Assembly: GCA_963617485.1 (NCBI GenBank)
Contig: CAVEPA010000002.1
Coordinates: 21,620-85,619 of the forward strand
DNA length: 64,000 nt
Direction: 5' to 3'
DNA from: a bacterium
GTDB lineage: Bacteria > Bacteroidota > Bacteroidia > Bacteroidales > UBA1402
The notes under the pieces are model-generated. The model was not told the DNA's origin, did not search any database, and saw only the letters and a program-made list of their open reading frames with translations. This document shows, piece after piece, positions 10,386-19,919 of this stretch (position 1 is the first letter of the stretch; each line of letters begins with the position of its first letter). Both the position numbers and the translations under genes were made by a program.

Positions 10386-10823
10386 ATGACTGAGGTAAAA
10401 ATAATCAACCGTTCGAAGCATCCGCTTCCGCAATATGCCACGCCACAGTCGGCCGGCATGGACCTGAGAGCCAACCTGACAGAGCCTGTCACGCTTAAAC
10501 CTTTGGAGAGGAAACTGATTCCCACAGGTTTGTTTATAGAACTGCCCGTCGGGTATGAGGCACAGATACGTCCTCGCAGCGGTCTGGCATTGAAGAAGGG
10601 GATAACCGTCCTGAACACACCGGGCACCATCGATGCAGACTACCGTGGCGAAATAGGCATCATTCTTGTCAACTTGTCCAATCAGGACTTCGTTGTGGAA
10701 GACGGCGAACGCATCTGTCAGATGGTAATTGCCCAGCATGCCCAAGCCTCATGGACCGAAGTCGAAGTTTTGGGCGACACCGAGCGTGGCAGCGGCGGGT
10801 TCGGACACACCGGCGCTTGCTAA
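10386..10823 (+). CDS. dut: dUTP diphosphatase
   Basis: dUTPase motifs [32 protein letters not shown] and [11 protein letters not shown]. Confidence 0.95.
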   Translation: MTEVKIINRSKHPLPQYATPQSAGMDLRANLTEPVTLKPLERKLIPTGLFIELPVGYEAQIRPRSGLALKKGITVLNTPGTIDADYRGEIGIILVNLSNQDFVVEDGERICQMVIAQHAQASWTEVEVLGDTERGSGGFGHTGAC

Positions 10824-10841
10824 GTAATCTGTAAAAATATC

Positions 10842-12566
10842 ATGAAACGTCTGCTTGTCATTCTTTTGTCTTGCTGTCTTGCCTGGCCTATGGCGCAAGC
10901 CTGGGAAGAGCCCGCTCCTTTGGTTCGCAACGACAGTATCGAGAGCAGCCCCTCTTATCTTTTCCACGAAGCCATACAAAGCTTGTTCTGCGAGAAAACA
11001 CCCGTAGCCTACGAGCAATTCAAGGCCTGTCTGCGGCTCGATTCCACTATGGCCGTGGCCTGGTTTCTTCTGACGCCCTATTATCTGGAAAGCGGGCAAA
11101 CCGATTCCGCCCTTATCTGCCTGGAAAATGCGCTCTCTTACGACCCCGACAACAAGTATTACGTTTTTGGGCTGTCATCAGTGTATCTGGAAGCCGGACG
11201 TTTTGCCGAAGCAGCGCACAAGTTGGAAGACTATGTGGCCAAGCATCCCAAGGAGTACGAATATTATTTCAACATTGCCTCCATCTATGCCAAAGCCGAT
11301 GCTCCCCAAGATGCCATACGCGTTCTTCGTCAGCTGGAAAAGATTGATGGCAAGAGCAGAGACATTTCGATGGAGATTTTCAATCAATATCGCAAGATGG
11401 GCAATAAGAAGCTGGCGCTCAATGAAATACAGTCATTATTGGACACCGAGCCCGAGAACTACCAATACCGCCTGTTGCTGGCCTACGCCAACGAAGACTA
11501 CAAAGAGAAGACCGCCATCAAGCTTTACCGTCAACTCATGGACGAGGGACAAGGCAACGGCGAGGCCGACTTCCTACTGGCCAATTACCTGATTCGCCTT
11601 AACCGCAACAGCGAAGCCGAGGACATCTACCGACAACTGTTCGACAGCCCCAAGGGTTCCTTCGCCAACAAGACGGAAGTACTGTACGAATATTACCTAC
11701 AGCAGTATCCCAACGATACCACCCTGATTCAAGGCTTGATTGAGAAACTGGTAGAGCACTATCCCCAAGAGCCTCAAACCTACAGCCTCTACGCCAAATG
11801 GCAAGCAGCATTGGGCAATTTCGTATTGGCCGCCAGCTATTACCGCCGTTCGCTGGATATGGACCCATCTCAGTACAATACCTGGATGGAATATCTCAAT
11901 ATCTTTCTTGCGTACAACAACACAACGATGGTCAAGAATATCTGCGAGGAGGCCCGAATCTATTTCCCCCATGAATCCACCTTCCCCTACTACATAGCTA
12001 TCAGCCACAGCATCAATGGAGAAACTGATGAAGCCCTGAACTCTTTCCGCGAATGTCTGAACGTGTTGACAACAACGCAAGAGCAAGGACAAAACGAATC
12101 GTTATCGCAGGTGTTGGGCGACATGGGAGATCTTTTCCACATCAAGGGAGAGATGGATTCCTGCTATTATTACTACGAACTTGCGCTGGCCCAAAATGCA
12201 GAAAACGCTGCCGTTCTGAACAACTATGCCTATTTTCTCAGTTTGGAGCAACGCGACCTCGACCGGGCAGAGGCCATGGCCCGCACGGCCGTCAAGCTGG
12301 ACGACGGCAACGCCACTTATCTTGACACCTATGCTTGGGTCTGCTTCAAACAAGGGCAGTACACCATGGCCAAGCTTTACATTGAACGCGCCTTTTCGCA
12401 TGGCAAGGAACCTTCGGCCGAGTTGTTGGAACACTACGGCGATATTCTATGGTTCTGTCACGACCGGGATGCGGCCATTGAGCGCTGGAAACAGGCCATA
12501 CAGCTCAGTCGTACGCCCTCGGACACACTTATACAGAAAACCGTTCAAGGACAATATGTGGAATAG
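10842..12566 (+). CDS. Tetratricopeptide-repeat protein, secreted
   Basis: Signal peptide, then TPR-like repeats throughout (e.g. ALICLENALSYDPDNKYY, YYRRSLDMDPSQYNTW). Confidence 0.7.
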   Translation: MKRLLVILLSCCLAWPMAQAWEEPAPLVRNDSIESSPSYLFHEAIQSLFCEKTPVAYEQFKACLRLDSTMAVAWFLLTPYYLESGQTDSALICLENALSYDPDNKYYVFGLSSVYLEAGRFAEAAHKLEDYVAKHPKEYEYYFNIASIYAKADAPQDAIRVLRQLEKIDGKSRDISMEIFNQYRKMGNKKLALNEIQSLLDTEPENYQYRLLLAYANEDYKEKTAIKLYRQLMDEGQGNGEADFLLANYLIRLNRNSEAEDIYRQLFDSPKGSFANKTEVLYEYYLQQYPNDTTLIQGLIEKLVEHYPQEPQTYSLYAKWQAALGNFVLAASYYRRSLDMDPSQYNTWMEYLNIFLAYNNTTMVKNICEEARIYFPHESTFPYYIAISHSINGETDEALNSFRECLNVLTTTQEQGQNESLSQVLGDMGDLFHIKGEMDSCYYYYELALAQNAENAAVLNNYAYFLSLEQRDLDRAEAMARTAVKLDDGNATYLDTYAWVCFKQGQYTMAKLYIERAFSHGKEPSAELLEHYGDILWFCHDRDAAIERWKQAIQLSRTPSDTLIQKTVQGQYVE

Positions 12567-13350
12567 CAAACTCATACGTCTTGCCTTGCTGGCCGTGGTA
12601 CTCTGCAACTTGAGTGCCTGCAAAAGTCTGCAACAGGCGGCGGTGCAAAAACGGCAGGCATCGCAGGTACGCGCGTTGCTGGCCAGCAACGCGCGTACCT
12701 GCGACAGCCTCGACGCACGCTGTTCCTTGCTCACCGACGACTGGCGCGTGTCGGGCCAGCTGAGCATCGGTCCGGGTTCCATTTGGCTCAGCGTCCAGCC
12801 GCTACTGGGCATCGAAACCCACCGTTTCCACTGGCACCATGAGTTGTTGCAGTTTCTCGACCGCAGCCAGAAAGCTTATGTTTCCGACAGTCTGAGCCAA
12901 ATAAATCTTCCCTTGGAACAGGGTCTGCCGCTCTTACGCAGCCTGCTTATCAACCAAATATCCCATCCCGATGGCCGGCCCTACGCATTGGAAGAATTGG
13001 ACTACAGTTTTCGCGAAGACGGGTCGTGTCTGTTGTCGTACCGGCTGCAAGAGAATGTTGTGCTGCAATATATCATCGATGAAAAGGGAGATTTTTCCCA
13101 TTTTTATCTTCTTAGGGACGAGGCCCGCCTGCTGGATGTCAGCTATAGTGTTTTCACTCCCTATGGCGAGATATCTTTTCCCGTCAAGATAAGCATCAAG
13201 AGTTCCGCCCTGCCCAAAACAGGGAGTTTGCAACTGAGCTTGAGCAATCTGCGCTTCGACCGTGAGCCCAAGCACAGTTTTCCCATTCCCGGAAATTATA
13301 CCAAAATCGAAGCCAAATATCTGTTGCGTGCATTAATCAATCTGTTGTAA
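12556..13350 (+). CDS. DUF4292/LolB-like lipoprotein (tentative)
   Basis: ATG 12556 gives the lipoprotein signal MWNSKLIRLALLAVVLCNLSAC and overlaps the TPR gene by 11 nt. Its position between the TPR and M23 genes matches an arrangement I recall as conserved in Bacteroidetes. The longer track ORF from 12226 is read-through. Confidence 0.55.
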   Translation: MWNSKLIRLALLAVVLCNLSACKSLQQAAVQKRQASQVRALLASNARTCDSLDARCSLLTDDWRVSGQLSIGPGSIWLSVQPLLGIETHRFHWHHELLQFLDRSQKAYVSDSLSQINLPLEQGLPLLRSLLINQISHPDGRPYALEELDYSFREDGSCLLSYRLQENVVLQYIIDEKGDFSHFYLLRDEARLLDVSYSVFTPYGEISFPVKISIKSSALPKTGSLQLSLSNLRFDREPKHSFPIPGNYTKIEAKYLLRALINLL

Positions 13351-13351
13351 T

Positions 13352-14566
13352 ATGAACCTCCGTCTGTCGCTTGTTGTCTTGCTGCTTTTTGCCTGCACGG
13401 CCGTAGATGCCCAAAACATCGCCGAAACGCGCCGCCAGTATCAGGAAACGATGAAACGTATCGAAGAGACGGATAAGGCCCTGAGCACCAACGAGAAATC
13501 GGTCAAGAACCAACTCTACAGATACAATGTCATCAACGAGAAGGTCAAGGAAAACCAGCGTTATCTGAACAAGCTGAATGCCGCTTACGACCAGACCAAA
13601 GCCAAAATCGGCAAACTCAGCAAAGAGCTCAACGAGTTGCAGGCCGAGTTGGATATTCGTCAAGACCAATATGCCAAGATGGTGCGACAGCTCTACATTA
13701 GATTGGGCGACAACGACAAGCTGTTGTTTATTTTCTCGGCCGATAACCTGAACCAAAGCTGGCGGCGTATGCGCTATCTGAACGATTATGCCCGCTATCA
13801 GCGTCAACAAGCCGAAAAAATCAAGGAGAAACAGGCCGAAATCGCCTTGTCCAAACAACAACTCGAAAAATCACGGCAAGAGCAAGCCCAGCTGGTGTCG
13901 GAGCAGATGAGCGAACAGAACCGCCTGAAAAAGGAACGGAGCGCTCAGAACAGCATCGTTCAGGACCTCAAGAAAAAGCGTGTCAAACTACAGGCCGAAC
14001 TGCGCAAAGACAAGCAGAAAGCCGAACGTCTGAACAAAAAAATCGAAGAAATCATCGCTGCCGAAAACAAGAATTCGTCGGGAGAAGCCGGCAAGAAGGG
14101 AGTCGTTACCGCCTATGCCATGTCGGTAGACGAAAAGAAACTGGCCACCGAATTCGGCAACAATATGGGCAAACTTCCCTTCCCCGTTTCCGAACCGGGT
14201 ACCGTCATCGTCCATTTCGGAGAGCAGAAGCATAAGGATATGAAATATGTGCAGACCAGCTCCAACGGCATTGATATCCAGACCAAGCCAGGAGCCTCGG
14301 CACGAGCCATTTTCAAGGGAACCGTATCGAAGGTGTTTGCCGTACAGGGCACCAATTTTTCCATCATCGTACGGCACGGCAACTATTTGTCGGTCTACTC
14401 CAACTTGGAGAAAGTGACGGTGAAAGCGGGCCAAACGGTAAAAATTGGCGACAAGCTCGGCACCATCTACTCCGACAGCGACCAGGGAGGCCTTACCATT
14501 ATGCACTTCCAAATTTGGAAAGACTTGCAGAAGCTCGACCCGGAAGTTTGGCTACAACGCAATTAG
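13352..14566 (+). CDS. M23/LytM-family peptidoglycan metalloendopeptidase or murein hydrolase activator (EnvC-like)
   Basis: Signal peptide, a long Q/E/K-rich coiled-coil N-terminal half, and a C-terminal M23 pattern GIDIQTKPGA...IIVRHGNYLSVYSNL...GDKLGTI. Confidence 0.8.
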   Translation: MNLRLSLVVLLLFACTAVDAQNIAETRRQYQETMKRIEETDKALSTNEKSVKNQLYRYNVINEKVKENQRYLNKLNAAYDQTKAKIGKLSKELNELQAELDIRQDQYAKMVRQLYIRLGDNDKLLFIFSADNLNQSWRRMRYLNDYARYQRQQAEKIKEKQAEIALSKQQLEKSRQEQAQLVSEQMSEQNRLKKERSAQNSIVQDLKKKRVKLQAELRKDKQKAERLNKKIEEIIAAENKNSSGEAGKKGVVTAYAMSVDEKKLATEFGNNMGKLPFPVSEPGTVIVHFGEQKHKDMKYVQTSSNGIDIQTKPGASARAIFKGTVSKVFAVQGTNFSIIVRHGNYLSVYSNLEKVTVKAGQTVKIGDKLGTIYSDSDQGGLTIMHFQIWKDLQKLDPEVWLQRN

Positions 14567-15636
14567 AAAATCAAACCATCGAGCAGGCGATAATACATAT
14601 CAAGGGCCTGCTCTATTTCCTCAATGCACACGTATTCATCGGCAGTATGCGAGCGCATACTGTCACCGGGACCCAATTTGACCGAAGGAAAGGGCATACG
14701 CGACTGGTCCGACAAAGTAGGTGAGCCATAAAGGTCCATGCCCATTTCCCGGCAACGCTGCACCAACGGATGTTTCAAATCTATCCCAGATGACGAAAGA
14801 CGATACGAACGGGCCTTCACTTCACATGCCACTTGCGAGGCGATATAGTCGCAGAGTTCACGGTTGCTGTAGCATTCGTTCACGCGCACATCTACCGTAA
14901 AGCGACAAGTGTCGGGGATAACATTGTGTTTGCTGCCCGCATTGATGATGGTAACGGTCATTTTCACAGGGCCAAGCAAAGGAGAAACCTTGGGCAAAGT
15001 TGTCCGCTCGAACCACTGTATATCCTTGATAGCCTTGTAAATAGCATTATCACCCAAGTTGTGGGCCGCGTGTCCGCTACGTCCGTAAGCGCAACAATCG
15101 AGTACCAACAGACCCTTTTCGGCAACAGCCACGCGCATCGAAGTTGGTTCACCCACGATGGCCAGGTCGATAGCGGGCATATCTTTGAGCAGAAGGTCGA
15201 TACCACCTTCGCCCGTCACTTCTTCCTGACAGGAAAGCCCCAAAACAAGGTTATAAGACTGATGTTTGCCTTGGGCATAAGCATCGCGCAAAGCCAGAAA
15301 AGTGCTGACCAGGCTGCAAAGGGGCGCACCGGCATCGTTGCTTCCAAGCCCATAGAGGCGGCCGTTCTCTATGGTCGGCTCAAAGGGCGGGCGCGTCCAA
15401 GAATCGCTGGACGGGACTGTGTCTATGTGGGAATTGAGCAGCAGCGTGGGCAGGGACGCATCGGGTTGCCAAGCATAGCACCATAGGTTGTTGCCCACCC
15501 GGTGAATATCCAAGGAGGATTGTTCCAGATAATGTTGCAGAAAATCGGCACGGGTGTTTTCTTCACGGCTCTTGGCAGGAATACGCACCAAGGATTGCAG
15601 AAGTTCGAGGGTCGAAGGCAATGAGTTCTGATTCAT
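14563..15636 (-). CDS. M20-family metallohydrolase (ArgE/DapE-like deacylase)
   Basis: ATG 15636 (MNQNSLPS...). M20 metal-site regions LLLNSHIDTVP and SCQEEVTGEGG; C-terminal GPGDSMRSHTADEYV. Confidence 0.8.
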   Translation of the reverse strand: MNQNSLPSTLELLQSLVRIPAKSREENTRADFLQHYLEQSSLDIHRVGNNLWCYAWQPDASLPTLLLNSHIDTVPSSDSWTRPPFEPTIENGRLYGLGSNDAGAPLCSLVSTFLALRDAYAQGKHQSYNLVLGLSCQEEVTGEGGIDLLLKDMPAIDLAIVGEPTSMRVAVAEKGLLVLDCCAYGRSGHAAHNLGDNAIYKAIKDIQWFERTTLPKVSPLLGPVKMTVTIINAGSKHNVIPDTCRFTVDVRVNECYSNRELCDYIASQVACEVKARSYRLSSSGIDLKHPLVQRCREMGMDLYGSPTLSDQSRMPFPSVKLGPGDSMRSHTADEYVCIEEIEQALDMYYRLLDGLIF

Positions 15637-15659
15637 CGTATAAACATGGTTTAGGAGAG

Positions 15660-15667
15660 CAAAATTA
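15660..15667 (-). promoter_or_regulatory. Candidate -7 promoter box (TAatTTTG) for the M20 gene
   Basis: TAnnTTTG on the minus strand, 23 nt upstream of ATG 15636. Confidence 0.4.
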
Positions 15668-15689
15668 AAGTTTTTTGCCCAAATTACAC

Positions 15690-15697
15690 TACCTTTG
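15690..15697 (+). promoter_or_regulatory. Candidate -7 promoter box (TAccTTTG) for the acyl-CoA ligase gene
   Basis: TAnnTTTG 27 nt upstream of ATG 15725; it overlaps the TTG the track used as a start (15695). Confidence 0.45.
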
Positions 15698-15724
15698 TCG
15701 TTCCTATCAAAAAAAGACATTGAC

Positions 15725-17548
15725 ATGAATGAAATCCTGCATCTCGCAAAACTGATACCGACCAAGGCGAAACAACAGCCCGACACTGTGGCAGTCCGTT
15801 TCCGCGACTATACCGATGGAAAATGGAAAGGCCTCACTTGGGCCGACCTTGAGGGTTCCGTCAATCTGGTGGCAGCCGCCATGCTGAAATTCGGTATCAA
15901 GAAGGGCGACAGAATTGGCATTTACTCACAGAACAAGCCCGAATGCATCGTCTGCGAATCGGCCATTTATTCGCTTTGCGCCGTAGGAGTTCCTTTTTAC
16001 GCCACCTCCACCACCGCTCAGATTGAGTATTTCATTCAGGATGCCGACATCAAGCTGGTCTTTGTTGGCCAACAATATCAATACGATCGTGCCTTTGAGG
16101 CCAAGACCGATAATTGCGGGTTGCAAAAGATTGTCATCTTCGATACCGAAGTGCGTCTGAACCGCAACGACCACGACTCGGTTTACCTGAAAGACTTCAT
16201 GCACGCAGGTCTCATCGCCGATCTCAAAAACGAAGTGCAAGCCATCCGCAACAATTGCAGTTTCGACGACATGGCCAATATTCTGTATACATCCGGTACA
16301 ACGGGCAACCCCAAAGGCGTGATGCTGATGCACAGCAATTTCCACGAAATTGTCCGCGTAATGAACCTCAAGCTGCAGAACGTTATCGGCAAGCACCAGT
16401 CTTCGCTCTGTTTCCTGCCGCTGACCCATATCTTTGAGAAGGCATGGACTTACTATTGTCTGCAGAACGACATCCGCGTCGATATCAACCTTAGACCCAA
16501 CGACGTACAGATGGCCATCAAAGAGGTGCGTCCCAATTATATGTGCAACGTTCCCCGTTTTTGGGAGAAAGTCTATGCCGGCGTACAGACTGTTCTGAGC
16601 AATTATTCGCCTTTTATGCAAAAGGTGGTAAACTTCTCGCTGCGCATAGGAGAGGCTTACCATTGGAAATACCGCCGCTTGGACAAACACGCACCCTTGG
16701 GCCTTTACCTGGCTTACGTCCTGGCCAATATGTTGGTTTTCAGCAAAGTGAAGAAAACCGTCGGGCTGGGCAACGGACTACTCTTCCCCATCGCCGGTGC
16801 CAGACTCAACGATGAAGTCTGCCGTTTTATCTATTCCATCGGCGTTCCCGTCTGCTATGGCTACGGACTGACGGAATCTACCGCTACGGTGGCCTGCTGG
16901 GACGACAGCAACTTCTGCTTGGGCTCAGTCGGGACGGCAGTAGACGGGCTGGACATCAAGATTTCCGAACAAGGAGAAGTGCTGCTGAAGGGCAGGACCA
17001 TCACCCCGGGCTATTACAAGCGTCCCGATGCCAATGCCGAAAGTTTCACCGCCGACGGCTACTTCCGCACGGGCGACTGCGGCTATCTAGACGAGGAAGG
17101 CCGTCTTTTCCTGACCGACCGCATGAAAGACCTTTTCAAGACATCCAACGGCAAGTACATCGCCCCACAGAATATCGAAAGCATCCTCGAGAACGACAGA
17201 TACATCGACAATGCAGTGATTATCGGCAACGAGCGCAAGTTTGTGAGTGCCATCATCGTGCCTACTTTCAGCGAGATGGGTGGGTTGCTCAAAGAGCTGG
17301 GCATCAACGACTTGTCGGCAGACAACATAGAAGCTTGCGTCAAGGACGAGCGCATTTACCGCTTCTTTGAACAACGCATCCGGCTGGCACAGAAGGATAT
17401 GGCCGGCTACGAACAGGTGCGCCGCTTCATCTTGCTGCCCGAGGCCTTCTCGATGGAAAAGGGAGAGCTTACCAACACGCTGAAAACCAAACGAAATATC
17501 ATCATCGAGCACCATCGTCAAGAGGTGGATGCTCTATACGAAAACTAA
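15725..17548 (+). CDS. Long-chain-fatty-acid--CoA ligase (AMP-dependent synthetase family)
   Basis: AMP-binding signature YTSGTTGNPKGVML, GYGLTESTA, TGDCGYLDEEGRLFLTDRMKD. Confidence 0.85.
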   Translation: MNEILHLAKLIPTKAKQQPDTVAVRFRDYTDGKWKGLTWADLEGSVNLVAAAMLKFGIKKGDRIGIYSQNKPECIVCESAIYSLCAVGVPFYATSTTAQIEYFIQDADIKLVFVGQQYQYDRAFEAKTDNCGLQKIVIFDTEVRLNRNDHDSVYLKDFMHAGLIADLKNEVQAIRNNCSFDDMANILYTSGTTGNPKGVMLMHSNFHEIVRVMNLKLQNVIGKHQSSLCFLPLTHIFEKAWTYYCLQNDIRVDINLRPNDVQMAIKEVRPNYMCNVPRFWEKVYAGVQTVLSNYSPFMQKVVNFSLRIGEAYHWKYRRLDKHAPLGLYLAYVLANMLVFSKVKKTVGLGNGLLFPIAGARLNDEVCRFIYSIGVPVCYGYGLTESTATVACWDDSNFCLGSVGTAVDGLDIKISEQGEVLLKGRTITPGYYKRPDANAESFTADGYFRTGDCGYLDEEGRLFLTDRMKDLFKTSNGKYIAPQNIESILENDRYIDNAVIIGNERKFVSAIIVPTFSEMGGLLKELGINDLSADNIEACVKDERIYRFFEQRIRLAQKDMAGYEQVRRFILLPEAFSMEKGELTNTLKTKRNIIIEHHRQEVDALYEN

Positions 17549-17553
17549 ACCCT

Positions 17554-18640
17554 ATGACGACGACCGAACAGATTAAAGAAGTTCAGGAGCGCGAGCACGC
17601 GCTGAGGAGGTATCTTTGACATCGATGGAAAGATATCGCAGTTAGCCACCGAAGAAGAAAAGACCCAAGCCGCCGATTTTTGGGACGACCAAAAATCGGC
17701 CGAGGCCCAGATGCGCAAAATCAAGGACCTGCGGTCGTGGATAGAGGCATACAAGGCCGTGGAAACCGCCTGCGAAGAGCTGACGCTGGCCTACGACTTC
17801 TACAAAGAAGAGGCCATGAGCGAAGAGGAGATTGACCAGACCTACGCCCACACGCTCAGCCTGGTAGAAGGTCTTGAAATGAAGAATATGCTGCGTCACG
17901 AAGAAGACAAGCTGGGCGCCGTACTGAAGGTGAACGCCGGTGCGGGCGGCACCGAGAGCCAGGATTGGGCCGAAATGCTTTTCCGTATGTATCAGCGTTA
18001 CTGCGAAAACCACGGTTACAAAGCTCAGATTACCAACTGGCAAGACGGCGATGATGCCGGCATCAAGACTGCCACAATGACCATCGAGGGCGATTATGCT
18101 TTCGGTTATCTGAAGAGCGAAAACGGCGTGCATCGTCTGGTGCGCGTATCGCCCTACAATGCCCAAGGCAAACGCATGACATCCTTCAGTTCTGTCTTTG
18201 TCGTGCCCTTGGTCGACGATACCATCGAAATAGAAATCAAAGAGTCGGACATCACTTGGGACACCTTCCGTTCGTCGGGAGCCGGCGGTCAGAATGTAAA
18301 CAAAGTGGAAACGGGCGTGCGCCTGCACCACATCCCCACCGGTATCGTCATCGAGAATACCGAAAGCCGCTCACAATTGGGAAACAAGGAAAATGCCCTG
18401 CGCCTGCTCAAATCGCAACTCTACGAAATAGAGCTGGAAAAGCGTCGCGCCGAGCAAGCCAAGATTGAGGCCGGCAAGAAGAAAATCGAATGGGGTTCGC
18501 AAATACGCAGCTACGTCTTCGACGACCGTCGCGTGAAAGACCATCGCACCAACTATCAGACTTCCAACGTACAAGCAGTGATGGACGGCGATTTGGATGC
18601 CTTCATCAAAGCTTATCTGATGGAGTTCGGGGCAGAATAG
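17554..18640 (+). CDS. prfB: Peptide chain release factor 2, expressed through a programmed +1 frameshift
   Basis: Frame 0 runs from ATG 17554 for 21 codons to CTT 17614-17616, then an in-frame TGA at 17617-17619. The +1 frame from 17618 runs into the 309-aa track ORF. GGQ motif SSGAGGQNVNK is present. The tripeptide at the SPF position reads SPY. Confidence 0.9.
17605..17620 (+). promoter_or_regulatory. prfB recoding site: SD-like AGGAGG + TAT CTT TGA C
   Basis: AGGAGG (17605-17610) lies 3 nt upstream of the slippery CTT, followed by TGA and C. This is the same layout as the classical E. coli prfB site. Confidence 0.85.
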
Positions 18641-18653
18641 CACTATCTATCAT

Positions 18654-19676
18654 ATGAACGAGCTGGAACTTAAGGCCTTGGCGCTACACCGGGTGGGCAA
18701 CAAGGCCAACGAAGATGCTTGCGTCTTTTCCGAAGAACTGCTGACACTGGATGAAAACTTGCAGCTGGTTTTGGGCGACTACTTTGCCTTGGCCTCCAAA
18801 TCGGAAGAGATGTTTCAGTTTTATCACGAGGAAAACCTCGATGAAAACGTCGTTTTCTGCTGCGCCCAACGCATTTTCGAGGAGCCTGACAACCTTTTGG
18901 AGCAATCGCGCGTACTGGCAGAACATCTCTACGACAAGAGCGAGCATCCCAATATCAAGCCCGGCGAATTTTTCGTGGCCTATTTCGAAGGGCAGCTCGA
19001 AGAGGAACCTGTACAGGTACTTGGTCTGTTCAAGGCCGAAAACAAGGAGTTTTTCCTGCGCAGCGAATATTGCCGGAACTCCTTCCAATTGCTGTGTCAA
19101 GAAGGCATGAGCACTCATAAACTCGACAAGGCTTGCCTGATTTTCAACCGCAATGCCCAAGAAGGATATGCCCTTTCCATCGTCGATCACGTGAACCGTG
19201 GCGAAGCCATTTTCTGGGTGGAAGACTTCCTGCAGGCCCGCCAGCGACGCGATTCCTATTCCAACACGCACGATGCGCTGAGCATCTGCAAGGATTTCGC
19301 CGTCAAAGAGTTGCCCAAACAGTTTGAGCTAAGCCGCGCCGACCAAGCCGATTTTCTGAACCGTTCGGTCAATTACTTCAAAGAAAACGAGCGTTTCAAT
19401 ATGCAGGACTTTGCCCAACAAGTGATAGGGCAACCCGAAGTTATTGATGTTTTCGACCATTATGCCAGCCAATACCAAAACGAACGCGGCATAGACTTAG
19501 GCGATGATTTCGCCATTTCGCAAGGGGCCGTCAAAAAGCAGTCGCGTGCACTGAAGAGCGTTATCAAGCTCGACAAGAACTTCCACATTTACGTGCACGG
19601 CAACCGCAACCTCATTGAGCAAGGCGAAGACGACAAAGGCAAATTTTACAAAGTATACTACCAAGAAGAGTCCTAG
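18654..19676 (+). CDS. Nucleoid-associated protein (NdpA/YejK, NA37-like), tentative
   Basis: 340 aa, with N-terminal ALHRVGNKANEDACVFSEELL as I recall for Bacteroidetes NA37-family proteins; not verifiable here. Confidence 0.5.
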   Translation: MNELELKALALHRVGNKANEDACVFSEELLTLDENLQLVLGDYFALASKSEEMFQFYHEENLDENVVFCCAQRIFEEPDNLLEQSRVLAEHLYDKSEHPNIKPGEFFVAYFEGQLEEEPVQVLGLFKAENKEFFLRSEYCRNSFQLLCQEGMSTHKLDKACLIFNRNAQEGYALSIVDHVNRGEAIFWVEDFLQARQRRDSYSNTHDALSICKDFAVKELPKQFELSRADQADFLNRSVNYFKENERFNMQDFAQQVIGQPEVIDVFDHYASQYQNERGIDLGDDFAISQGAVKKQSRALKSVIKLDKNFHIYVHGNRNLIEQGEDDKGKFYKVYYQEES

Positions 19677-19919
19677 ACTCCATCAGCTTCCTGTCGTCCT
19701 TTCCGCTCTTTTCATGGCTTTCCGTATTAGAAGTGTCTCATGTGCGTTTTTCATTAATTCGGTGCAGAGATAGCAGATGTTTAATGAATTCCGAATTTTC
19801 TCAAAAATAATAAAAACCCATGCCCATCGACGGATTGTTATGGGGTAGCAGTTTTGAGATAGTCTGCGGTTATTGGGGGAATTAATTTTTACATATTGCA
19901 GATATTTAAGCAGGGGCGT

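Noticed and set aside
12226-12555. Long N-terminal extension of the DUF4292-like ORF, overlapping the TPR gene by 341 nt
   Set aside because: The extension has no signal peptide and lies in an alternative frame of a well-supported gene. The internal ATG at 12556 starts a canonical lipoprotein signal.
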